In this document: positions 8,838-15,931 of the stretch, in pieces
How the letters are laid out: every line of letters starts with the position of its first letter
Position numbering within the stretch: the stretch's first letter is position 1
NCBI RefSeq assembly: GCF_002310835.1
Contig: NZ_CP011042.1
Coordinates: 210,001 to 242,000, forward strand
Length of the DNA stretch: 32,000 nt
Reading direction: 5' to 3'
Source: Pseudoalteromonas tetraodonis
GTDB taxonomy: Bacteria > Pseudomonadota > Gammaproteobacteria > Enterobacterales > Alteromonadaceae
The notes under the pieces: generated by a model
Seen by the model: the letters and a program-made list of their open reading frames with translations, nothing else
Databases searched by the model: none
Told to the model about the DNA's origin: nothing
Program-made: the position numbers and the translations under genes

Positions 8838-10797
8838 CTCATTACCACTTTCTTTATCGGCTTATTTTGTGCCACCGACAGATTGTATTGGTGAATTTGG
8901 CTTGTTGACTGGATATTCGGCAGATACTCACTTTTTTAATGATGCACTTGATAAGTTTACGCAAACAATTAAATCACAAAGAGCCTATGAAGGAAGTGGT
9001 TATTTAGCCATGATGTTAGACCCAAACCATCACCAGATATCTGCGGTTGACTGCCCTGGGTTGGTTCATTTACCAGCTAAATCTAATATAGAAAAAAAGT
9101 TTAGATTGTTACATGCTAAAGTAGCGTTATTACTATTTAAAAATAAGCTAACAGAGCAAAAAATTATTAGGGTTATTGTTTCTACGGGGAATTGGACACG
9201 CCAAACAATAGAAGACAGTTTAGATATGGTTTGGTCGATTGATTATGAAGTAGCCTATAGTGATGATCATCAAGTGCAAACTGATATTGCCAAGGTGTAT
9301 GATTTTATCAATCACACTTTAACTTTTTTTAATATCGATATATTAAATAGCGTAAGAATAGAAAATAAAGCAACAGCAACAGCGCTAAGGTTTAAACACT
9401 ATCAACATGTTTTAGGTGAAATTAAGCCAGTAAAAAATGTACAACCTCGCTTTTTTGATAATACAAAGCAGGCACTCATCACACAGTTACCACATTTAAT
9501 AAAAACACATAGTAATAATACAAAGTGCAATTATTTAGCCCTTGGTTCTGGTTTTTATGAAGGTGGAGATAATAAGAGCAAAGTGCCAAAAGTGATTTCT
9601 GAGATTGAAAAAGTATTACAGCAGGCTGGTCTCTTAACTAAAACAGCTGAAAAAGATATTTATGTCAACCCTGATAATTGTCAACTAGTCGCTCAAACTT
9701 TAGATATATTAAATACAAATGATTGGTCAGTTAGGCCTGCTTACGATGCTGTTTATCAAAGTAAAAATTATCAAAGATCATTGCATGCAAAGTTTATTTT
9801 TTCAGCCAAAAATGGAAATGACGATAGCTGCAAAAGCTCATGGTTGTATTTAGGATCAGGAAATTTAACAACGCCTGGCTTTTTAAGTAAAGCAAGTTTG
9901 CATGGCGGTAACCTAGAAGCGGGAGTTGTGTTTTCTCCAAAAGAATTGAGTTGGTATGGCGAAGATGACTCAACTAATTGCATTAGTGATAAATTGCCTA
10001 TTAATTGGGATGAAGAAAGTATTATTACAGATGCTACGCAGTTGTGCTCAGGGAAGGGGATGCCAGAACTTGAAGGTGAATTTGTAGCTGCACCGATAAG
10101 TTATTTTACTATTTGTAGCTTAACTAAGACAGGTTGCTTATTACGACCTGATACTGATGATACAAAAGGCTATCAAGTTTGGTACGCTGAAAATTATGCG
10201 TGTGAGTGTAAAGGTGAAAATATAATTTGGCCCGATAATACTCCAAGGCAAGTGAAAGTTACGTGGAATATTAAAGATGCGACGCACAGCATTTATATAC
10301 CTGTATTCGATGAGTTTGGACGAATGGCAGCAACCGCTTTGCCTGAGTTAGAGATAGATGACGCATGGAACTTACTAGGCGCATTCCCTACTTTGCCCGC
10401 AGAGGACGGTTTCGATGGCGAGGTGCTAGATGAAAGCCATTCAGTGGCATTAAATTGTCAGCATGAGGCATCAGGTTCTAATTATTATTTAAATAAAATG
10501 ATGTTATTGATTGAACATGTAGCACAAAAACAAACAGAACTTGATCCATTCAACTGGGAACAGTGGTGTTATCGTTTAGAACAAATATTTTGTCAAATGA
10601 GTAAGTCAGCAGTAATTTCTTACTTTAAAGAAATTAATATTAATCCATTATCCCCTTTATGGGCTGCCCCTTTTAGACCTCATTTTGCAGAAGATTCAAG
10701 TACTGAGCAAGGTCGTTTATATGAGTCATTATTAAGAAAAATTGAACATAGTTTGGAATTGAATCAGTTAATAACGCTTGGAGGCAAAGGTGAGTAA
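8830..10797 (+). CDS. PLD-superfamily (two HKD motifs) phosphodiesterase/nuclease with an uncharacterised C-terminal half
   Basis: Motif 1 is LLHAKV...VSTGNWT (His codon 9112-9114). Motif 2 is SLHAKFIF...LGSGNLT (His codon 9784-9786). SD AAGGAG at 8817-8822. Overlaps both neighbouring genes. Confidence 0.8.
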   Translation: MSNSLPLSLSAYFVPPTDCIGEFGLLTGYSADTHFFNDALDKFTQTIKSQRAYEGSGYLAMMLDPNHHQISAVDCPGLVHLPAKSNIEKKFRLLHAKVALLLFKNKLTEQKIIRVIVSTGNWTRQTIEDSLDMVWSIDYEVAYSDDHQVQTDIAKVYDFINHTLTFFNIDILNSVRIENKATATALRFKHYQHVLGEIKPVKNVQPRFFDNTKQALITQLPHLIKTHSNNTKCNYLALGSGFYEGGDNKSKVPKVISEIEKVLQQAGLLTKTAEKDIYVNPDNCQLVAQTLDILNTNDWSVRPAYDAVYQSKNYQRSLHAKFIFSAKNGNDDSCKSSWLYLGSGNLTTPGFLSKASLHGGNLEAGVVFSPKELSWYGEDDSTNCISDKLPINWDEESIITDATQLCSGKGMPELEGEFVAAPISYFTICSLTKTGCLLRPDTDDTKGYQVWYAENYACECKGENIIWPDNTPRQVKVTWNIKDATHSIYIPVFDEFGRMAATALPELEIDDAWNLLGAFPTLPAEDGFDGEVLDESHSVALNCQHEASGSNYYLNKMMLLIEHVAQKQTELDPFNWEQWCYRLEQIFCQMSKSAVISYFKEININPLSPLWAAPFRPHFAEDSSTEQGRLYESLLRKIEHSLELNQLITLGGKGE

Positions 10798-13366
10798 TTT
10801 TTTAGGTTGGGAAAAGGTTGCTGAAATAATAAAAGATACTCTCGGATTCAATGAGCGTCTGAACTCAACCCAAAAAGAAAGTGTAAATGCGATACTAGAT
10901 AGGATAGCTGACACGGGAGTAATTATTGCTGATGAAGTTGGCATGGGTAAAACACGAATAGCAGTTGAGCTTATCCATGCTGTTAAACAAGCAGGTGGTC
11001 GTGCAGCCATTATTGTGCCCACAACATTAGGATTCCAATGGCAAAAAGAGCTTAATGATCGCGAAGCAGATTTAGCGCCTCAGCACACAGTAAATAGTCT
11101 CTGGCGTTTTATGTCTGCTTGGGCTGATTGTGACAAGCAAGAGCATTGGGATAAACAGTCGGTTATTTTATTATCTCAAAATTTTGCGAATTGGCGTATT
11201 GGTGGTAATTCTCATTCAAGTCGTTGGGCACTGCTACCAGAAGTGTATGCACAGTGGCGAAAAGCTAAAAATAACAGGTTACCTAATGGTTACAATAGCC
11301 ATGAAGACCTAAAATATATGGATGCTAAATATTGCGCACGTAGAATTGTTGAACAAACATATTACCTATCGAATAATGATCCTAGAAAGAAAATTTTAAA
11401 TTGCATCATTGAAAACTTTGAATGGGGTGTAAATTCATTTGGCGGGGATAATTTTTCTGCTGGAAGTGAATACCGAGATTTGTTAGAAAAAACGGTAGGT
11501 TTAGGACTCGGTTCATTTGACTTAGTTGTTATAGATGAAGCACATAAAAGCCGAGGTGAAAGCAGTAGCTTAAGCCGAATTTTGAATGAAATTATTATTC
11601 AAAATGATAATGGTCGCCGGTTAGCTATGACGGCTACACCTGTTGAGTTAAATGTTGAGCAATGGCAACAAATGCTCAATAGAATTGAGTTATCCGAATC
11701 TGATCAGCAGCCTATTTTAAAGAGTGTTGATAACTATGCTAAAGCTGTTGCTAAACTCAAGTTATATTGGAAGGTCGATGAGCAATCTCGGTTGAGTTTT
11801 CAGCGGGCCGCTAGAGCGTTTGAAAACTCGTTAAAACCTTATTTATTAAGAAGAGATAAGCGACAAGACCCAACAATTCAAAAATTTCACTCTGTTTCAA
11901 ATTTACCAATTAATGAATATAGGAAGCATACCCAGGTTGAAATTAAAGTAGAAGAACTATCAGAGCAGTGGAAGCAAATAGTGTGCTCTGTTGAAGGGCT
12001 ATCTGCTGCTTCAATTATGCAAGATGCGACTTCAAAAAGAGCACGACTTACGCTAGCTAATGGTCACGGGATTGCTGGAATTATAGATAACTCAGCTTAT
12101 TCATCCCCTCAAGGTGACGATGACGAGCTAGAAAATGATTTGAACAATGATGATAGTAAAAAGCTTCAACGGGCTCACTGGTGGAAAAAACAGATTACTG
12201 AGGTATATGCAAGTGGAGATGAATCGTTATATCAACATCCTGCATTATTAAAAGTTATTTCAGAAATTGAAAATAATTTAATGTTGGGTCAAAAAGCATT
12301 AGTGTTTGGTAAGTTGACCAAGCCTATGAGGATATTAGTTAATTTATTAAATGCAAGAGAAATGCTACGCAGGCTAGATAAAAACGAGTTTTGGCCTCAA
12401 ACTAAAATTCATATCAGTGATAAAGAAAATGATGACTCTGAAGTGCATGCGGCCAAATTTGCGTCAAAGCAACTTGGTTTAAATTGGAGTATTAATGAAA
12501 TAAATGATCGTTTAAAACGTCAATATGAAAAGCATGCAAACCAAGTGGACCAAACTAAACAACACCTGATTGAAAATATTGAACACTCAATCTCTTTATT
12601 GGATACACGTTGTGAACAGCTCTTCAAAGCATTTAAAAAATCTGTTGAACAAGCCTGCTCAGAGGAACATTCTGTTCTTACTTTTATGACTCGTGCTATT
12701 TATGAGTTATCAGATTCAAGCGATTTTAATTTAACATCTGAAGAGGTTGCTCAGGGTTTTATTGATCTAATGGGTGCAGTCACAGCAGAGAATGAAGGTG
12801 ATGCCGATGGTGATGGTCAATTAGATGAAAAAGAAGCAAGCAAGCTTTGGCCCTGTATAGAAGCAAGGGTAAAAGAAGAGTATGAACATGTTAGAGGTGG
12901 CATGGCGCGCTTAATGTATGGGAATACATCAGCGGCAAGTCGTCGTATGTTACAGTTGGGTTTTAATCGTAAGAACAGTTTTCCTAATGTGTTAGTTGCA
13001 CAGTCAGTAGTTGGACGAGAAGGGTTAAATTTACATCAAGCTTGTCGGTTCGTATATTTATTGCACCCAGAGTGGAATCCTGGCGTTGTTGAGCAACAAA
13101 TAGGTCGTGTTGATAGGCTCGGATCTCGTTGGGAGAAAGAGTTTTCCGAGCAACAAGAGCAAGGAGGAGAGCTTCCGTTTATTGAAATTAAGCAGGTTAT
13201 ATTTAAGGGAACTTATGACGAATATAATTGGCAGGTATTGCATGCGCGCTGGGATCAACTTCGCTCACAATTACATGGAGTTGTCATCCCTATAAGTGAA
13301 CGAGATGATGCGTTTTCACATTATTATGATGAATTATGCTTAGCTGCACCGGATTTTACTCCTTAA
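10790..13366 (+). CDS. SNF2-family (SF2) helicase/translocase
   Basis: Motif I DEVGMGKT (Lys codon 10949-10951), motif II DEAH (11534-11545), MTATPVE, GREGLNLH and QQIGRVDRLGS. GTG 10790 follows GGAGG (10780-10784) and overlaps the PLD stop (GTGAGTAA). The track's TTG 10778 is the alternative start. Confidence 0.9.
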   Translation: MSNFLGWEKVAEIIKDTLGFNERLNSTQKESVNAILDRIADTGVIIADEVGMGKTRIAVELIHAVKQAGGRAAIIVPTTLGFQWQKELNDREADLAPQHTVNSLWRFMSAWADCDKQEHWDKQSVILLSQNFANWRIGGNSHSSRWALLPEVYAQWRKAKNNRLPNGYNSHEDLKYMDAKYCARRIVEQTYYLSNNDPRKKILNCIIENFEWGVNSFGGDNFSAGSEYRDLLEKTVGLGLGSFDLVVIDEAHKSRGESSSLSRILNEIIIQNDNGRRLAMTATPVELNVEQWQQMLNRIELSESDQQPILKSVDNYAKAVAKLKLYWKVDEQSRLSFQRAARAFENSLKPYLLRRDKRQDPTIQKFHSVSNLPINEYRKHTQVEIKVEELSEQWKQIVCSVEGLSAASIMQDATSKRARLTLANGHGIAGIIDNSAYSSPQGDDDELENDLNNDDSKKLQRAHWWKKQITEVYASGDESLYQHPALLKVISEIENNLMLGQKALVFGKLTKPMRILVNLLNAREMLRRLDKNEFWPQTKIHISDKENDDSEVHAAKFASKQLGLNWSINEINDRLKRQYEKHANQVDQTKQHLIENIEHSISLLDTRCEQLFKAFKKSVEQACSEEHSVLTFMTRAIYELSDSSDFNLTSEEVAQGFIDLMGAVTAENEGDADGDGQLDEKEASKLWPCIEARVKEEYEHVRGGMARLMYGNTSAASRRMLQLGFNRKNSFPNVLVAQSVVGREGLNLHQACRFVYLLHPEWNPGVVEQQIGRVDRLGSRWEKEFSEQQEQGGELPFIEIKQVIFKGTYDEYNWQVLHARWDQLRSQLHGVVIPISERDDAFSHYYDELCLAAPDFTP

Positions 13367-13381
13367 TATAAAAGTTTATTA

Positions 13382-14356
13382 ATGAATTCACATCGTCATT
13401 TATTGATTCTCGAGCTTGTGCCAATAGCGCCAAGCTCTATCTCGACTCAACAGCTACAGAAAAAGTTAGTTGAATGTGGCTTTGAGTTCCCCATTCGAAT
13501 GCTCCAGCGAGACCTCCAATCACTTTACGAGCAAGGTTGTTTTGGCCTTGAAAAAGACACGCGCAGTAAACCGTATGGTTGGTCTATTAATGCACAGTGG
13601 CGAGGTGGTAGCGCTAAAATTATGAGCTGCGAAGTAGCTGAGCATTATTTGTTACTAGAGCAGTTATTACCGCAATCTATACCGAGCGATGTTAAACGCT
13701 CAGTTCATATTAAAGCAGAACAAGCGCTTAAGCGTTTTAATGGCGATGTGCCTGACTGGCTTGCAACCCTGCCTAAACCGTCGTTAAAAGTGAATATTGA
13801 TAGCAAATTAGTTGCGCAAATTGAGCATGCGATTAAGCATAAGCGTGCTGTGAGCGCTGAGCTTTATAGAGTGCTTTACGATGAGGCGCACTGGTTAAAG
13901 TTTGCTGAATTAAGCTTTTATAGCTTAGTTGAGCAAGGTGGCGTGTTGATGGCGCAGTTTATGGTGGGGTCGCTTCACGATAAATGTTACCAGATGCCGG
14001 TTTATCGCATTCGCAATGTTCATATCCTGCAAAAAACACGACGTGAGCCAAGTGCTGAGCAGTTAAAGTCGTTACGCAGTGCGATTAATAAAGGTATGAA
14101 GCAAGAAGCGATTGAGTTAGTTGTGAAAGTACCCAGCCACTCGGTGGTTAATCAAGGGTTTATTGAGCTTGGAGAGCTGACTGACAAGCAACATATTGAT
14201 GAAAAAAATGTATTACTTACCTATCAAACTATTGATACTGAACAATTAACCGATGAGCTATTTAAATGTGCTCATTGGCTGGAAGTTATTAAACCTGAGC
14301 GCATTAGAAAAAGAATTACCACAAAGCTTAAAGCGGCTGCTAGTAACTATCAATAA
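13382..14356 (+). CDS. wHTH-WYL-WCX transcriptional regulator (BrxR/CapW/YafY-like)
   Basis: N-terminal winged-HTH pattern (ISTQQLQKKL..PIRMLQRDLQSL..G). Central WYL-like beta region (WLKFAELSFYSLVEQGGVLMAQF...VYRIRNVHIL). C-terminal WCX-like signature (HWLEVIKPERIRKRI). The architecture was recognised by eye. Confidence 0.75.
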   Translation: MNSHRHLLILELVPIAPSSISTQQLQKKLVECGFEFPIRMLQRDLQSLYEQGCFGLEKDTRSKPYGWSINAQWRGGSAKIMSCEVAEHYLLLEQLLPQSIPSDVKRSVHIKAEQALKRFNGDVPDWLATLPKPSLKVNIDSKLVAQIEHAIKHKRAVSAELYRVLYDEAHWLKFAELSFYSLVEQGGVLMAQFMVGSLHDKCYQMPVYRIRNVHILQKTRREPSAEQLKSLRSAINKGMKQEAIELVVKVPSHSVVNQGFIELGELTDKQHIDEKNVLLTYQTIDTEQLTDELFKCAHWLEVIKPERIRKRITTKLKAAASNYQ

Positions 14357-14371
14357 CGCTAATTAATTTTA

Positions 14372-14392
14372 GTGCGTCAATTTTTGACGCAC
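14372..14392. promoter_or_regulatory. Perfect palindrome GTGCGTCAA-TTT-TTGACGCAC between the WYL gene and the FtsZ-like gene; candidate operator (or weak terminator)
   Basis: 9-bp arms read from the sequence. It contains TTGACG and lies just upstream of a possible extended -10 (TGtTATGCT, 14398-14406). Only a poor T-tract follows. Confidence 0.35.
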
Positions 14393-14429
14393 CTATTTGT
14401 TATGCTCCTTTAAAAGTTAAGGAGTGGTT

Positions 14430-15527
14430 ATGTTTCAATTAATTCAGCAAAATGATGGTTTATCGATTGGTGTATTTGGCATTGGTGGGTGTGGCTGTAA
14501 TACGCTTAACAGTATTTTTGAACAACGCGAGTCTGAGCAGGCGCACTTATACAGCGTTAATACCGACAAAGTAGTGCTTGAGCATACACAGAGTGATGAA
14601 GCAGTACTGATAGGTGCAGAGCTCACTCATGGGTATGGTGCAGGAGCCGACCCTAAAGTTGGGCTGCAAGCGGCAGAAGAGAGTAAAGAGCAGCTTTTAA
14701 CGCTTATTAATGGCTGCGATATAATTTTGTGTGCAACAGGGTTGGGTGGCGGTACTGGGACTGGCGCTAGCCCGTATATTGCAGAGCTTGCTAGTGAGCA
14801 AGGTAAGCCCATTATATTTGTTGCTACACTGCCATTTAGTAGTGAAGGACAGTTTAGAAATAATATAGCGCAAGCAGGTTTAAATGAGCTTAAAGAGCAT
14901 GCTAATGCGGTTATTACGCTCCCTAACGATCAACTTATTGAAGTGCTTGGTAACGATATAGGATTATTCGATGCGTTTAAGCACTCAAACCAAATACTCC
15001 ACTCACTGATAAAATCACTCATCGATATGCTTTGTTTTCAAGGGCTTATAAATGTTGATTTAAACGATTTTGCTAAAATTATGGATTGCCAGGGTGATGC
15101 AGTCCTAGGTGTTGGTAAATGCGATGAAGAAAGCGAGCTTACTACTGCATTGGATAGTGCACTCAATAACCCACTTGTTAATCAAGTTGATATGTCATCA
15201 AGTACGGGTGTAATAATACAAGTAAATTGCAAAGATGAAATTTCACTCGGTAGTTATAACCTCATTACCGATACAGTGCGCCAGCGGGTCAGCCCAAACG
15301 CGTTAGTTATTTGTGGTGTTTCTAAAATTGAAAATTTAGCAATGAATTATGAACTGTTGATCATTGCAACCGGTGCAAGCGCTAAGATGATTGTTGAACC
15401 TTTCGATAATGCGCCTAGTAGCGAAGTCGAACAATCGCCAGCTGCAAGAGCTAAACCTCAAGCTTCTGATATTTTTGACATACCAGCGTTTATACGTAAT
15501 CAAGCACCAGCTCCTTGTGGAAAATAA
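14430..15527 (+). CDS. Divergent FtsZ paralogue (tubulin/FtsZ GTPase) retaining the C-terminal FtsA/ZipA-binding peptide
   Basis: GIGGCGCN, VNTD, GYGAGADPKVG, GLGGGTGTG (14739-14765), LPFSSEG, LPNDQL, T7 loop NVDLND (15051-15068) and terminal DIFDIPAFIRNQA (15468-15506). SD AAGGAG at 14419-14424, 5 nt before ATG 14430. No dcw-cluster neighbours. Confidence 0.9.
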   Translation: MFQLIQQNDGLSIGVFGIGGCGCNTLNSIFEQRESEQAHLYSVNTDKVVLEHTQSDEAVLIGAELTHGYGAGADPKVGLQAAEESKEQLLTLINGCDIILCATGLGGGTGTGASPYIAELASEQGKPIIFVATLPFSSEGQFRNNIAQAGLNELKEHANAVITLPNDQLIEVLGNDIGLFDAFKHSNQILHSLIKSLIDMLCFQGLINVDLNDFAKIMDCQGDAVLGVGKCDEESELTTALDSALNNPLVNQVDMSSSTGVIIQVNCKDEISLGSYNLITDTVRQRVSPNALVICGVSKIENLAMNYELLIIATGASAKMIVEPFDNAPSSEVEQSPAARAKPQASDIFDIPAFIRNQAPAPCGK

Positions 15528-15577
15528 CTATGTTACTGCTTTGAGAGTCTGAATACATTTTTCAGTGAGATAACCCT

Positions 15578-15904
15578 ATGAATGTATATTTAGATGATGA
15601 AAGAGAAACACCAGCCGGTTGGTTAAGAGCCTATTGGCCTAGTGAAGTGATTAAACTTTTGAAGACTGGTAAAGTAAAGCTGCTTAGCCTTGACCATGAT
15701 TTAGGGAATGATAATAAAGGCACTGGCTATGACGTTTTACTTTGGATTGAGCAGGCAGTGTTTATTGATGGCTTTGTACCGCCAACAATAGCCGTTCACT
15801 CAGCCAATAGCTCAGCACGAATTAAAATGGAACGCGCAATTACACAAATTAATTTACTGGCTAAAAATCAAAAGGGTTCTAAACGCTGTGATGGCGAGTG
15901 GTGA
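15578..15904 (+). CDS. Small receiver (REC/flavodoxin-like) fold protein with YLDDER...SLDHDLG...VHSAN motifs (cREC-like family)
   Basis: 108-aa ORF. The motif pattern matches a family of about 100-aa proteins that I recall being annotated as cyclic-phosphate-processing receiver domain, common in phages and conflict loci. The assignment is from memory only. Confidence 0.6.
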   Translation: MNVYLDDERETPAGWLRAYWPSEVIKLLKTGKVKLLSLDHDLGNDNKGTGYDVLLWIEQAVFIDGFVPPTIAVHSANSSARIKMERAITQINLLAKNQKGSKRCDGEW

Positions 15905-15931
15905 GCTTTGCAAGTAAACAGGAATATTTTT

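Noticed and set aside
7578-13366. Calling the PLD + SNF2 cluster a DISARM system.
   Set aside because: DISARM requires DrmA (helicase) and DrmB (DUF1998, Cys-rich) plus a dedicated methylase. None is present, and the 419-aa protein shows no DUF1998-like four-Cys pattern.
14430-15527. The possibility that the FtsZ-like gene is simply the housekeeping ftsZ.
   Set aside because: There is no ftsQ/ftsA upstream and no lpxC downstream. It is flanked instead by a WYL regulator, SIR2 and R-M genes, and its core is strongly diverged from gammaproteobacterial FtsZ as I recall it. It still needs confirmation that a canonical ftsZ exists elsewhere in the genome.
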